Assembly (NCBI GenBank): GCA_044371965.1
Contig: JBILSS010000001.1
Location: 1 to 49,762, forward strand
DNA: 49,762 nucleotides
Reading direction: 5' to 3'
Source: Vampirovibrionales bacterium
GTDB taxonomy: Bacteria > Cyanobacteriota > Vampirovibrionia > Vampirovibrionales > JAJTHC01
In this document: positions 17,508 to 27,662 of the stretch, piece by piece
Position numbering within the stretch: the first letter of the stretch is position 1
How the letters are laid out: each line of letters opens with the position of its first letter
Notes under the pieces: model-generated
Database searches by the model: none
Seen by the model: only the letters and a program-made list of their open reading frames with translations
Told to the model about the DNA's origin: nothing
Position numbers and translations under genes: made by a program

Positions 17508-19283
17508 CTAAACTTGAGCGAGGGCTTGACGCACGGTTTTGTTGAAAATAATGCGTCCCACCGTCGTGTCAATCATCGTACCGTCGGAATCTCTCACGGC
17601 AATACGGGCATGAATATGAAGGACTTGTGCTTCAAATGCTGCTAAAGCATCGTCAAAACTGAAGAAACGCATCCCTTCACCCTTATTGGAGTTGGGGTTA
17701 TCTAAAGTTAGATAGTAAAGACCCAAAACCATGTCTTGCGTTGGAGTGATCGCAGGCTTACCTGTCGCAGGAAGCAACACGTTATTGGTTGCGAGCATCA
17801 ACATACGTGCTTCCGATTGAGCTTCTAAAGACAAGGGAATGTGAACCGCCATTTGGTCACCGTCAAAGTCGGCGTTAAACGCCATACAGACCAAGGGATG
17901 CAACTGAATCGCTCGACCATCTACCAAAACAGGTTCAAAGGCCTGAATCCCCAAACGGTGCAGAGTCGGTGCTCGGTTAAGAAGCACAGGATGCCCCTTA
18001 ATCAGCTCTTCCAAGACATCCCACACAATCGTCTCACCACGTTCGATTTTTTTCTTGGCGGATTTAATGTTTTGACACTCCCCACCTTCAATCAATTTAT
18101 TGATGACAAAGGGCTTAAACAGTTCAATCGCCATTTCTTTAGGCAATCCACACTGATGCAAGTTCAATTTAGGGCCTACCACAATAACAGAACGACCTGA
18201 ATAGTCGACACGTTTACCTAACAAGTTTTGACGGAAGCGACCTTGCTTCCCTTCAATAATGTTGGACAAGGATTTTAAGGGACGGTTATTCGGTCCTACG
18301 ACGGTGCGTCCACGACGACCATTGTCAATCAAGGCGTCCACAGATTCTTGTAACATGCGTTTTTCGTTGCGGATGATGATTTCAGGCGCACCCATGTCAA
18401 TCAAGCGAGCCAAGCGGTTGTTACGGTTGATGACTCGGCGGTACAAGTCGTTTAAATCAGATGTCGCAAAACGACCACCATCCAACTGCACCATAGGGCG
18501 AAGGTCAGGCGGTGTCACAGGTAAAGCATCCATGACCATCCAACTCGGATCGGTCTTGCTGCCCATCAACAATTCAGCCAAACGCAAGCGTTTCATGAGC
18601 TTGGTTTTCTTTTGGCTGGCAGTTGCCCCTAAGGTGTCGACTTGCCCACGCAATTCGTTGACCAGTTCCACCAAATCAATGTTTTGCAACATGGTCTTAA
18701 TGGCTTCTGCCCCGATGCCGACTTCAAACTGAGCATCTTCATTGTCGTCCAAAAGCTTATCATACTCTTCTTCGCTCAAGAGCTGACCGTAGGTGAGTTC
18801 GGTGTTACCCGCATCTAGCACAACGTAAGCGTTAAAGTAGATGATCTGCTCTAAATCTTTCAAGGGCGTGTCCAATAAAAGCCCCATATAACTGGGGATG
18901 CCTTTCAAGAACCAAATATGGCTAACAGGGGCTGCCAATTGAACGTGCCCCATACGCACACGACGCACACGGGCTTCGGTGACTTCAACGCCACAACGCT
19001 CACAAATAATGCCTCTATGACGGACACGTTTGTACTTACCGCAATAGCATTCCCAGTCTTTGGTCGGTCCAAAAATACGTTCGCAGAAAAGACCGCCCAT
19101 TTCAGGCTTTAAGGTACGGTAGTTAATGGTTTCAGGCTTTAAGACTTCACCATGAGACAAGTCTAAAATACGAGTCGGCGATGCAATGCCGATGCGAATA
19201 TAGTCAAAGTGATCGATATTTGTGCTAACCAAGGGGGCGTTCCTCCGATTGTTCATGGATGAATGGCGTTTGCCAGCAACCAT
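17508..19283 (-). CDS. rpoC1: DNA-directed RNA polymerase subunit gamma (N-terminal beta' part, RpoC1)
   Basis: 591-aa ORF. Zinc ribbon [23 protein letters not shown], and catalytic [12 protein letters not shown] near the C-terminus. The true start may be the ATG at 19256 (MNNRRNAPL). Confidence 0.95.
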   Translation of the reverse strand: MVAGKRHSSMNNRRNAPLVSTNIDHFDYIRIGIASPTRILDLSHGEVLKPETINYRTLKPEMGGLFCERIFGPTKDWECYCGKYKRVRHRGIICERCGVEVTEARVRRVRMGHVQLAAPVSHIWFLKGIPSYMGLLLDTPLKDLEQIIYFNAYVVLDAGNTELTYGQLLSEEEYDKLLDDNEDAQFEVGIGAEAIKTMLQNIDLVELVNELRGQVDTLGATASQKKTKLMKRLRLAELLMGSKTDPSWMVMDALPVTPPDLRPMVQLDGGRFATSDLNDLYRRVINRNNRLARLIDMGAPEIIIRNEKRMLQESVDALIDNGRRGRTVVGPNNRPLKSLSNIIEGKQGRFRQNLLGKRVDYSGRSVIVVGPKLNLHQCGLPKEMAIELFKPFVINKLIEGGECQNIKSAKKKIERGETIVWDVLEELIKGHPVLLNRAPTLHRLGIQAFEPVLVDGRAIQLHPLVCMAFNADFDGDQMAVHIPLSLEAQSEARMLMLATNNVLLPATGKPAITPTQDMVLGLYYLTLDNPNSNKGEGMRFFSFDDALAAFEAQVLHIHARIAVRDSDGTMIDTTVGRIIFNKTVRQALAQV

Positions 19284-19352
19284 TAAGACGATATATTTAA
19301 GCAGGATTCAAGCATGAGCTTCCCCTTAAGTTGCCTTAAGGGGATTCATAAA

Positions 19353-22300
19353 CTAATCAGCGAAGAAGTTCAACAACTCCGTGTCATTGGGGATAATCAC
19401 ACGCTGTTTCAGGGCTTTTTTAGCCGCTGATTCATCGGACATGAGATCCACCTCAACTTCTCGATCGTTTTCATCTTTCTTAACAACAGAAAGATCCAAG
19501 CCGATGCTTTGAAGTTCACGCACCAAAACCTTAAACGATTCAGGAATACCGGGGCGTGTGAGGTTTTCACCTTTGACGATGGCTTCATACGCACGGCTAC
19601 GACCCGTGACATCATCCGATTTAATCGTCAACATTTCTTGCAAGGTGTAGGCTGCTCCGTAAGCTTCCAACGCCCACACTTCCATTTCTCCGAAACGCTG
19701 ACCACCAAATTGAGCTTTACCACCCAACGGCTGCTGCGTTACAAGACTGTAAGGTCCAGTGGAACGAGCGTGGATTTTGTCATCAACCAAGTGAACCAGC
19801 TTCATCAAGAACATGTAGCCAAGTGCCACAGGGTTGTGGAAGGCTTCGCCTGTACGACCGTCGAGCAACGTTGCTTTACCCGTGGGGAAAATCCACGATT
19901 TGCCTGACGCTTCAATGGCTTCTTCAAGCTCTTGACGCACAGCTTTAAGCGACGCTTCTTCACCGTACATCTCATCAAAGGGAGGCACTTCGTACAACTT
20001 GCCATTTAAGAAGGCAGCGAGTCCCAACATGGTTTCGTACGTTTGACCCACGTTCATACGAGACGGAACACCGAGCGGGTTTAAGACCACATCAACAGGC
20101 GTGCCGTCAGGCAAGAAAGGCATGTCTTCGATTGGCAAAATACGGGACACGATCCCTTTGTTACCGTGACGACCCGCCATTTTATCACCCACGCTGACTT
20201 TGCGACGCTGTGCCAAGTACACACGAACCACGGTGTTTGCTCCAGGAGGAAGATCATCGCCTTTTTCACGTTCAAAGACTTTGACATCAACCACACGACC
20301 GCCTTCTCCGTGAGGCACACGCAAGGAATTGTCTTTCACATCCCGAGCTTTTTCGGCGAAAATCGCACGCAAGAGCTTTTCTTCAGGAGGATGTTCCGCT
20401 TCACCTTTGGGCGTAATTTTACCGACCAAAATATCATCGGCATAAACCCTAGCACCCACACGAATAATGCCCTGCTCATCAAGATTTTTCAAGGCATCCT
20501 CGCCCACATTGGGCAGTTCACGGGTGATTTCTTCAGGCCCTAGCTTTGTAGCACGGGCATCGATCTCAAACTTTTCGATGTGAATGGAAGAAAAAATATC
20601 ATCCTGCACCAAGCGTTCCGAAATCAAGACGGCATCTTCAAAGTTGTAACCTTCCCATGGCATAAACGCCACGAGAACATTCTTACCTAGAGCCAATTCA
20701 CCGTCTTTGGTGGATGCTCCATCGGCAATGACATCGCCCAATTTTAAGACGTCGCCTTCACGCACAATTGGCGTTTGGTTCAAGCAAGTGTCTTGGTTTG
20801 AGCGGACATATTTCATGAGCTTGTGACGAATCACCTTATTGGTCTCAACATCACGCACATCCACAAAAACGCCTGTAACTTTTTCAACGGTGCCCGCGAC
20901 GGTACTTTTCATACACATCCCCGAATCCAGTGCCACACGCTTTTCGAGCCCTGTCCCTACAGCAGGACGTTGCGTATGCACCAAAGGCACGGCTTGACGT
21001 TGCATGTTCGCACCCATTAAGGCACGGTTGGCATCATCATGCTCTAAGAAAGGAATCAATGAGGTTCCGACTGAAACGATCTGAATCGGTGAGCTACCCA
21101 CATAATCAACGGTATCCGCGGTTGTTGTGGTGAAATCGTTACGGTAGCGAACAGGAACAGCATTACCAATAATGGCACCCGTTTCCACATCACGACGCAA
21201 GTCACCGGGAGCAATACGGTAACGATCTTCCTCATCCGCAGACAAGTAATCAATGTCACTGGTGACAATCCCATTCTTCACGACGAAATAAGGCGTTTCA
21301 AGGAAACCGTAATCGTTCACTCGAGCAAACGTACAAAGACTACCGATCAATCCAGCGTTAGGACCTTCAGGCGTTTCTACAGGGCAAATACGTCCGTAAT
21401 GAGACGGGTGAATGTCTCGAACCGCAAAACCTGCACGCTCACGTGTCAAACCACCTGGTCCAAGAGCCGATAAACGACGCTTGTGCGTCAATTCAGCCAA
21501 AGGATTCGTTTGATCCATAAACTGAGACAACTGTGATGAGCCAAAGAACTCACGAATCGCCGCCAACAAAGGCTTGGGATTCAACAAATTGTTCGGTGTT
21601 AAGGTTTCAGTATCTTGAAGGGTCATACGTTCTTTAACGATACGCTCCAAGCGTGAAAGACCTACTCTGAACTGGTTTTGAAGCAATTCACCTACCGCAC
21701 GAATACGACGGTTACCAAGGTGATCAATATCATCGACCGCCCCTTCATCGTAGTGAAGACTAATCAAGTAATCGACTGCGGTGATAATATCGCCAATGGT
21801 TAAGGTACGAACGTTGTCAGGCACACTTAAGCCAAGCTTTTTGTTCATTTTATAGCGACCGACTTTACCCAAGTCATAACGCTTATCGTCAAAGAAGCGA
21901 GACTCAAGCAATTGACGACCACCACTCACACTAGGCGGATCACCTGGACGAAGTTTTTTGTAGACTTCAATCAAGGCTTCTTCCATCGTTTCCGTGGAAT
22001 CCTTGTCTAGCGTACGACGCAAAAACTCAAAGTGACGCAAACGCCCTTCCATGTCTTGCTCGGTCAAGCCTAAAGCTCGCAATAAAACAGTGGCAGGAAT
22101 CTTACGGTTTTTGTCGATTTTGACGTAAATGACATCGTTAACATCGGTTTCAAACTTCAACCACGCCCCACGGTTGGGGATCAAGGTCGCATTAAAGGTA
22201 CGCTTACCGTTTAAGGCGGTTTCTTTTTTGAAGTAAATACCAGGTGAACGCACCAACTGCGAAACAATAACACGTTCCGCACCGTTAATAATAAAGGTGC

Positions 22301-22658
22301 CTCGATCGGTCATCATAGGAACTTCGCCGATATAGGCTTCTTGTTCCTTGATTTCACCTGTGTCACGGTTAATCAAACGCATTTTAATGCGTAATTGCTT
22401 GGAATAGGTCGCTTCGTTGTGACGAGCGTCTTCCACTGAATACTTGGGCTTGTCGAATTGATATTCAGGCAAGAAATACAATTCCAAGCGACCCGTGTAA
22501 TCCTTAACAGGAGAAAAAGAAAGCAACTCTTCTTTTAAGCCTTTTTCAAGAAACCATTGAAATGACTTTTTCTGAATCTCCGCAAGATCAGGCATATGAT
22601 CAAGGGGAAGGTCACCAATTCCAGGAAGCGTTGAACGCTGAACCTTTGTAGCCGTCAT
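19353..22658 (-). CDS. rpoB: DNA-directed RNA polymerase subunit beta
   Basis: 1101-aa ORF. ...[14 protein letters not shown]..., ...[33 protein letters not shown]... Confidence 0.97.
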   Translation of the reverse strand: MTATKVQRSTLPGIGDLPLDHMPDLAEIQKKSFQWFLEKGLKEELLSFSPVKDYTGRLELYFLPEYQFDKPKYSVEDARHNEATYSKQLRIKMRLINRDTGEIKEQEAYIGEVPMMTDRGTFIINGAERVIVSQLVRSPGIYFKKETALNGKRTFNATLIPNRGAWLKFETDVNDVIYVKIDKNRKIPATVLLRALGLTEQDMEGRLRHFEFLRRTLDKDSTETMEEALIEVYKKLRPGDPPSVSGGRQLLESRFFDDKRYDLGKVGRYKMNKKLGLSVPDNVRTLTIGDIITAVDYLISLHYDEGAVDDIDHLGNRRIRAVGELLQNQFRVGLSRLERIVKERMTLQDTETLTPNNLLNPKPLLAAIREFFGSSQLSQFMDQTNPLAELTHKRRLSALGPGGLTRERAGFAVRDIHPSHYGRICPVETPEGPNAGLIGSLCTFARVNDYGFLETPYFVVKNGIVTSDIDYLSADEEDRYRIAPGDLRRDVETGAIIGNAVPVRYRNDFTTTTADTVDYVGSSPIQIVSVGTSLIPFLEHDDANRALMGANMQRQAVPLVHTQRPAVGTGLEKRVALDSGMCMKSTVAGTVEKVTGVFVDVRDVETNKVIRHKLMKYVRSNQDTCLNQTPIVREGDVLKLGDVIADGASTKDGELALGKNVLVAFMPWEGYNFEDAVLISERLVQDDIFSSIHIEKFEIDARATKLGPEEITRELPNVGEDALKNLDEQGIIRVGARVYADDILVGKITPKGEAEHPPEEKLLRAIFAEKARDVKDNSLRVPHGEGGRVVDVKVFEREKGDDLPPGANTVVRVYLAQRRKVSVGDKMAGRHGNKGIVSRILPIEDMPFLPDGTPVDVVLNPLGVPSRMNVGQTYETMLGLAAFLNGKLYEVPPFDEMYGEEASLKAVRQELEEAIEASGKSWIFPTGKATLLDGRTGEAFHNPVALGYMFLMKLVHLVDDKIHARSTGPYSLVTQQPLGGKAQFGGQRFGEMEVWALEAYGAAYTLQEMLTIKSDDVTGRSRAYEAIVKGENLTRPGIPESFKVLVRELQSIGLDLSVVKKDENDREVEVDLMSDESAAKKALKQRVIIPNDTELLNFFAD

Positions 22659-22856
22659 GTCAAACCCTCTTTAGCTATGGCACAAGGTTTTGGCAATAAA
22701 ACCTTGCTATTCTACTTCATACATGGTGGGAGCTTTTTAAACATACACGAATTGAGGAGGCATCTCGCCACCTCAAACTTTTTATATTATATCAGCAAAA
22801 AGCGATTCGAAATCATTTAAAATGAAGCTCCTGAAACGCTCACCAAAGGCGTTACG

Positions 22857-22900
22857 ATAAAAATGCAAAGAAGGGCAAGCTTCCCAAAGGAAACTTGCCC
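22857..22900 (-). terminator. Strong hairpin plus U-tract between rplL and rpoB (attenuator/terminator)
   Basis: Minus strand reads GGGCAAGUUUCC-UUU-GGGAAGCUUGCCC, a ~12-bp stem, followed by UUCUUUGCAUUUUUAU. This is the classical position of the rplL-rpoB attenuator. Confidence 0.6.
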
Positions 22901-22909
22901 CGAGACAAC

Positions 22910-23308
22910 TTACTTAAGCTCGATTTTCGCACCAAGCTCTTCGAGTTTCTTCTTCAACTCTTCAGCTTCTTCTTTTTTCAAGCCTTCTTTGACGGTTTTA
23001 GGCGTACTGTCGACCAAGTCTTTGGCTTCTTTCAAGCCTAAACCTGTAATCGCACGAACTTCTTTCAACACTTGAATTTTGGTAGCACCAGCATCCAATA
23101 AAACAAGGGTGAAATCGGTTTGCTCTTCAACCGCCTCAACAGCAGCAGCAGCCACAGGAGCAGCAGCAGCAGCGGCAGGAGCAGCAGCAGAAATGCCGAA
23201 CTCATCTTCAAACGCTTTTACCAATTGAGCGGTTTGTAAAAAGCTCAATTCTTTAATTTGCTCAAAAACTTGAGACGTTTTGGAATCTAATTCAACAGCC
23301 ATCATCAT
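22910..23308 (-). CDS. rplL: 50S ribosomal protein L7/L12
   Basis: Ala-rich hinge [19 protein letters not shown], and C-terminal domain [37 protein letters not shown]. The start is one of three consecutive ATGs. Confidence 0.95.
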   Translation of the reverse strand: MMMAVELDSKTSQVFEQIKELSFLQTAQLVKAFEDEFGISAAAPAAAAAAPVAAAAVEAVEEQTDFTLVLLDAGATKIQVLKEVRAITGLGLKEAKDLVDSTPKTVKEGLKKEEAEELKKKLEELGAKIELK

Positions 23309-23407
23309 AATGAAAGAACCTCTTTCGACTTATATAACATAGAATCTAACAAATAAAATAGGCATTCACCTAAGTTTGGGAATCTCAACCCACAACACAA
23401 AGAAAGC

Positions 23408-23941
23408 TTACGCTTCTTCACCTTGCTTGATTGTAGAAAGTTGATCAAGCAAACGAACCAAACCGCTTTGGTTATGACTCAAGGCATTCGCCAAGCCCAT
23501 CAAAGGACTTGCAATACACATGAGCAACTTACCACGAAGCTCTTCTTTAGAAGGCATCGTCGCAAGCTCATTCACACCAACAGCGTTCATTGCATTACCT
23601 TCCAAGAAGGCAGCACGAAGCTCGTTTTCTTTTTTATTCTTTTTAAGGAATTCTTTAATAACCTTAACGGCAGAAACTTCATCCCCATAACCCAACACAA
23701 GACCCGTAGGCCCTTTGAGATAAGGGGCAAGCTTTTCAATATCCGTACCCAAAGCAGCACGCTTGACCAGCGTATTCTTCGCCACTTTAACTTTAACATC
23801 AGCCGCACTTAACGCACGACGAAGATTCGTCATTTCTGCTACAGAAAGCCCACGATAGTCCACCAGCAAAATAATGTTAGCGGCTGTAATATCTTCTGTA
23901 AGTTGACTGACAAAACCCTTTTTCTGAGATAGCGTCGGCAT
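23408..23941 (-). CDS. rplJ: 50S ribosomal protein L10
   Basis: 177-aa ORF. KKGFVSQLTEDITAANIILLVDYRGLSVAEMTNLRRAL... Immediately upstream of rplL. Confidence 0.9.
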   Translation of the reverse strand: MPTLSQKKGFVSQLTEDITAANIILLVDYRGLSVAEMTNLRRALSAADVKVKVAKNTLVKRAALGTDIEKLAPYLKGPTGLVLGYGDEVSAVKVIKEFLKKNKKENELRAAFLEGNAMNAVGVNELATMPSKEELRGKLLMCIASPLMGLANALSHNQSGLVRLLDQLSTIKQGEEA

Positions 23942-24178
23942 AGTATTTGCCCTTCATGTCGCTTAAACTACTACTAAATACAGACATCCCCACAATTGAG
24001 CGTCTCTAAAAACGCCATGACCCTTTGAAGACATCCCACAAGCAAACAAACCAGCAAACATAAGAGGCTAGTCAATTATTCACTTGATTAGATTTTAATT
24101 ATATGCCAAACATACAGAAAGCAACACTTTTTTTTAATATAACAGATTTGTTACAGTCTACTGATTTTCACGAGTTTT

Positions 24179-25522
24179 TTAAGGGCTGGTCGGATACTCA
24201 CTCAAGGCTTGACGCAAGGCATAACGCTCTAAAATCGCTTCAATGTCAATCACACTATTAAAGAAGCTGCGGTTCGTTAAGGTAAAACGCTGGGCATAAT
24301 TGGCTTGAGCCTCACGATCCGCCATTGGAGCGTTTAAGTAGTCGTGTAAGGTCGCTTCCACCGAGCTTAAATCCTGCGGAATATACTGCAAAGCCTTGCC
24401 GTAATAACTTTTGAGCCACTGTTTCGGCTCCGTGATAAGATTGGCTCCATTCGCCGTAGCATTGTCGATGCGGTCATGCCCACTTTCAGGATACATCGGG
24501 AAAATATGCCAAACGGCTTGAGTGTCGCCATATAACGCCACAGACGTCCCCGATTCAGGCGGAGGCAGAATCGTCCATTTGTCCGACAAAAAGGAGGCTT
24601 TTTCCCACCCATTCCCACACAAGGTCAGCGGAATGTTTTTCGCTTGCCTTAGAAAATGCTCACGCCAGTACATTTCCGCACTATGGTTGATCCACGCCAT
24701 CAGTCGAGGGTACTGATACGGGTGAACCTCTTGCGGATTCACGCCGAGGCGTTCTAGCCCATCGAGCAAGAAGGTATCGGCAGGATGTTCAGGCGAAGCG
24801 ATGAGGTAGTCGATCGCTTCTTTGCAAAGGGCTTCAAAGGCAGGGAACTTTGGGAACTTTAATGATTCTAGCTTTTCTTGAAAGGGGGTAAAACTACACG
24901 GCACCAAAAGTGAAATCGTCCGTTCTTTAAACGGTTTTTGCGTTTCAAAGGACGGAAACCCTACACCAGGAAGGGTCGTATTAAAGGCTTTAAGCGGATG
25001 CTTCACCACACGATGCTGGCTATTTCGAAAGCCTTCAATCGCAAAGTGAGCATTGATTTTTTCAGGATAATCCACTTCAGTAATGCGAGGCAACTGAATC
25101 AAGGGGTGATCCGCAAACCACGACAAGCTAGGTACTTTAAGATGTTGCCCAAGCGTCTTACGGTTGCTTAATTCAATGGCTTCATGGATGGCATTAAAGC
25201 TCACTAACATCGTGGGTTTAAAGTCCTTAAGAATGCCGTCGAGTTCTTGGTTGGCGTGGGGATTGTCCTTCAAATTAAGCTTTGCGGTGGCGTGACCTCG
25301 TAAACGAAAGGCATCGTTGAGGTTTTGGGTGAATTGATTTAACGCACCGTATTGAGATCCGCCTTCGACTAAGAGAATTTGCTCTTTTTTAGTGAGCTTG
25401 GGGGCGTGCCGATAGATATAGCTTGCCAAGGCGTCTAGTGACGTGGGGACGTTTTCTAGCATAGGGATGCCTCGTGGGCGAGCGGTTTCGGTCGTGGGAG
25501 GGCTAATGGTATTGGTGGACAT
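24179..25522 (-). CDS. Hypothetical protein (possibly a GT-B/CgeB-like glycosyltransferase fold; not confidently assigned)
   Basis: 447-aa ORF with normal composition. The C-terminal part CGNGWEKASFL...RIDNATANGANLITE is reminiscent of CgeB/DUF3880-type proteins, but I cannot verify this. Confidence 0.6.
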   Translation of the reverse strand: MSTNTISPPTTETARPRGIPMLENVPTSLDALASYIYRHAPKLTKKEQILLVEGGSQYGALNQFTQNLNDAFRLRGHATAKLNLKDNPHANQELDGILKDFKPTMLVSFNAIHEAIELSNRKTLGQHLKVPSLSWFADHPLIQLPRITEVDYPEKINAHFAIEGFRNSQHRVVKHPLKAFNTTLPGVGFPSFETQKPFKERTISLLVPCSFTPFQEKLESLKFPKFPAFEALCKEAIDYLIASPEHPADTFLLDGLERLGVNPQEVHPYQYPRLMAWINHSAEMYWREHFLRQAKNIPLTLCGNGWEKASFLSDKWTILPPPESGTSVALYGDTQAVWHIFPMYPESGHDRIDNATANGANLITEPKQWLKSYYGKALQYIPQDLSSVEATLHDYLNAPMADREAQANYAQRFTLTNRSFFNSVIDIEAILERYALRQALSEYPTSP

Positions 25523-25671
25523 CGCAGGGGCTTCCTCATTTTAGTGATGCTTCTTATTATAGTCCTGCTTGAGCGTTTCGTTTTGTGTGGTTTTAAAAAT
25601 ACGTTTCTTGCATGATGTGTAATTGATGGCGAGATCTTGACAAAGCCGCTTACATTTGACACAATATAAAA

Positions 25672-25840
25672 AGGGGGAGTCCCCAAGCGTAAAAGCTTGA
25701 GAACTCCGTTCAGCTATCCTCCTAGAGTTTGGTCACTAGAAGGAGGATAATTAGTAACATCGAAAGATGTTCTATATAATCCATTTTGCTTCACCTCCTT
25801 TCTGTTAGATTGGGGGGTGTTGCTTATTAGCAACCCTTTT
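25672..25840 (+). ncRNA. Candidate antisense (antitoxin-like) RNA, copy A; ends approximate
   Basis: The predicted TSS is about 7 nt after CACAAT. The RNA is fully complementary to the minus-strand peptide ORF, its SD (contains UCACCUCCUUUCU) and its start codon. It ends at hairpin GGGUGUUGC-UUAUUA-GCAACCC plus UUUU (25812-25840). The plus strand has no conserved ORF. Confidence 0.5.
25722..25784 (-). CDS. 20-aa hydrophobic peptide MDYIEHLSMLLIILLLVTKL (candidate type I toxin), copy A
   Basis: ATG 25784 is preceded by AGAAAGGAGGTGA (25803-25791) with a 6-nt spacer. The peptide has a hydrophobic core and a C-terminal K. The ORF is conserved in copies B and C. A minus-strand terminator follows: GGAGU..CAAGC-loop-GCUUG..ACUCC plus CCCUUUUUAU (25707-25662). 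Confidence 0.6.
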   Translation of the reverse strand: MDYIEHLSMLLIILLLVTKL

Positions 25841-25882
25841 AAGGCTTTTTATAAGCTAGCATAAACTTGTAACGCCTTCAAG

Positions 25883-26842
25883 TTACAATAATAAGTTCCG
25901 CTGGATCCGCCTCAAACCGTTACGACGCAAGGGACTGTTCTCAAAGGCTTGAGCAAACGCATCTTCACTCAAACTCTGAAAATACGCCCGACTGGGATGC
26001 TCCAACACCGCCCGAGGGCTAAAGGCAGGCTCCTCAGTCACTTTGGAAAACTTCAGGTTCCATGGGCAGACGTCTTGGCAAATATCGCATCCAAAGCCCC
26101 AATCCTGCTGGTTTGCTTGGATGAAATCAGGCAAATACTCATCCGTATTTTCAATCGTCCAATAGGCGATGCATCGACGGCTGTCGACCACCGTGGGCGA
26201 GACGATCGCATCGGTTGGGCAAGCGGTGATGCATCGTGTACACGTCCCACAATGCCCCGATTCCAGCGTGTTTTCGTGGGGGCTTGTATAGGCATCGACG
26301 GCTTGATTGAGGAACAACGCCCCAATCATCACCCATGAGCCGACTTCTTTCGTGATTAAAAGACTATGCTTGCCTTGCCAGCCCAAGCCTGCTTGAACGG
26401 CGAGTGCCTTTTCTAGCAAGGGAGCCGAATCCACAAAGGGACGCCCGTCTAAGCCGTCATGTTCCGTCTGTAATGCCTTTAAGACCTTACCCAATTTACG
26501 ACGCAAAACCTTGTGATAGTCTTTACCTAGGGCGTAGCGAGCGATTTTCAGATCGTCGCCTTGCCCAGCTTGCCAACCAGGGAAGTAGTTGATCGCCACC
26601 ACCACGACACTTTGCACCCCTTCCCACAAATCAGGCGGAGACACTCGTTTTTCGGCATGACGAGGCATCCAGTCCATGTCGGCGTGATGCCCAGCATCCA
26701 GCCACGCCGTCAGGCGTTGGGCTTCGTTTTTGAGGGCATCGGTGGTGAGAACGCCCCACTGTGTGATGCCCACGTCGTTCAGCTGTTTTTGGATGTCGGT
26801 GTGGGGGATCAAAGAGGGCATCCTTTTATTAAAAAGCGTCAT
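25883..26842 (-). CDS. queG: tRNA epoxyqueuosine(34) reductase
   Basis: 319-aa ORF with two ferredoxin-type clusters CGTCTRCITACPTDAI and CDICQDVCPWN, plus an N-terminal QueG-type domain. Confidence 0.85.
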   Translation of the reverse strand: MTLFNKRMPSLIPHTDIQKQLNDVGITQWGVLTTDALKNEAQRLTAWLDAGHHADMDWMPRHAEKRVSPPDLWEGVQSVVVVAINYFPGWQAGQGDDLKIARYALGKDYHKVLRRKLGKVLKALQTEHDGLDGRPFVDSAPLLEKALAVQAGLGWQGKHSLLITKEVGSWVMIGALFLNQAVDAYTSPHENTLESGHCGTCTRCITACPTDAIVSPTVVDSRRCIAYWTIENTDEYLPDFIQANQQDWGFGCDICQDVCPWNLKFSKVTEEPAFSPRAVLEHPSRAYFQSLSEDAFAQAFENSPLRRNGLRRIQRNLLL

Positions 26843-26922
26843 GATACTTTGCTAAGTGTATCATGACGCTAGATTTATAGGGCGAATACGTTGTTTTTTA
26901 TATTCCACCAGCTTATCAAATG

Positions 26923-27258
26923 TTAGAGTTTATAAGGATTGACTCGTGTACTAGTAGGAGTCAATGCTTCATAATGGGATGTTATTTCTGCCGTCCAGTT
27001 CTGTTCAGGAAGATCTACAATCCGCTTTAACCAACTCGAGGTAATTTCTTCAAGTTCAGATAAAGCACCTACTTGTGGACCTTTTAGTTGACCACTCGAC
27101 TGTAAATTTTTATAGTTCTTTAACGAACGTAATGTTGCTAAATCCTTGAGTAATCGTTCCGCTTCAGTAGAGAGATTTCCACTACGTTGTACGTCACTTG
27201 CTTTCGCTTGTGCAGTGTTTTGTGAAGAGGTAAGGCGAGAGGCGATATTCATCGACAT
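26923..27258 (-). CDS. Hypothetical protein (111 aa)
   Basis: ORF only. Somewhat AT-richer than its neighbours. No motif recognised. Confidence 0.45.
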   Translation of the reverse strand: MSMNIASRLTSSQNTAQAKASDVQRSGNLSTEAERLLKDLATLRSLKNYKNLQSSGQLKGPQVGALSELEEITSSWLKRIVDLPEQNWTAEITSHYEALTPTSTRVNPYKL

Positions 27259-27456
27259 GGGTTTTTTCCTTAGGGTTAGGGGGTATTGTTAAAAGCTCTG
27301 TTAGAAGCTTACGTATACATAAAAGCCCCTCAAGTTTGCTTTGGAACCGTTACGTTACAAATTGTTACAAAAAGCACTCAAAATCGTGGGTTTTACGCAC
27401 TATGAAATAGCGTAAATAGTTGTCATGCTTAGTATAGTAGCCATAGCGTCTTACCC

Positions 27457-27475
27457 CCTCCCCTTTAAGGGGAGG
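27457..27475. repeat. C/G-run hairpin CCTCCCC-TTTAA-GGGGAGG
   Basis: Perfect 7-bp stem. Part of a 27.42-27.70 kb stretch rich in GGAGAGG/CCTCTCC words. Confidence 0.5.
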
Positions 27476-27642
27476 AAAACAACCTTCTCATTCACGAAGT
27501 GAATCTACTTCTTTAGGATGGAGAGGTTGGGAGAGGAAACCAACGGTTTTCTTTCCCAAGAGAAAAAGTTTACTTTTTCGACCATGTTGGGGTGGGGAGT
27601 AGATGTAAACACTGTAGTCTAGGCATCCCCCCCTCTCCCTAG

Positions 27643-27662
27643 CCCTCTCCTCAAGGAGAGGG
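27643..27662. repeat. C/G-run hairpin CCCTCTCC-TCAA-GGAGAGGG
   Basis: Perfect 8-bp stem, preceded by CCCCCCCTCTCCCTAG. Same word family as 27457..27475. Confidence 0.5.

Larger units (their letters stand above)
25637..25881. repeat. Copy A of a ~245-bp convergent-promoter module (candidate type I toxin-antitoxin locus)
   Basis: Homologous to 30849..31089 and 31096..31347. Left edge is a plus-strand promoter: TTGACA (25637-42), 17 nt, TGa CACAAT (25657-65). Right edge is a minus-strand promoter: TTGAAG (25881-76), 17 nt, TGc TAGCTT (25861-53). Homology between copies stops at the two -35 hexamers. Confidence 0.8.

Noticed and set aside
13458-22000. Numerous 60-190 aa ORFs on both strands inside rpoC2, rpoC1 and rpoB. 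Similar shadow ORFs occur inside guaA, valS, glgB, purH and queG.
   Set aside because: They lie antisense or out of frame within long, strongly recognisable genes. No independent signals.
25456-25686. 76-aa minus-strand ORF spanning the start of the 447-aa gene and the module promoter.
   Set aside because: It overlaps a better ORF and a conserved non-coding promoter/terminator block. No SD or motif.
25767-25808. Plus-strand mini-ORF MFYIIHFASPPFC inside module copy A.
   Set aside because: The nearest SD-like AGGAGG is 20 nt away. The ORF has a different end in copy C and is ATG-TAA in copy B, so it is not conserved.
25672-25840. First reading of the three repeats: a plus-strand structured sRNA carrying an anti-SD mimic (CACCUCCUUUCU), with covarying hairpins (TATCCTCCT/AGGAGGATA versus ATCTTCTTA/TAAGAAGAT).
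   Set aside because: The apparent covariation is codon divergence of a conserved minus-strand mini-ORF. The anti-SD-like string is the complement of that ORF's SD. The two-promoter antisense model explains all conserved blocks better. The plus-strand RNA is kept, but as an antisense regulator.
26923-27258. 111-aa ORF considered as an FlgM-like anti-sigma factor, because a FliA-like sigma is in the window.
   Set aside because: The only basis is similar size and a Ser/Thr/Gln-rich N-terminus. There is no recognisable FlgM C-terminal helix pattern and no linkage to the sigma gene.
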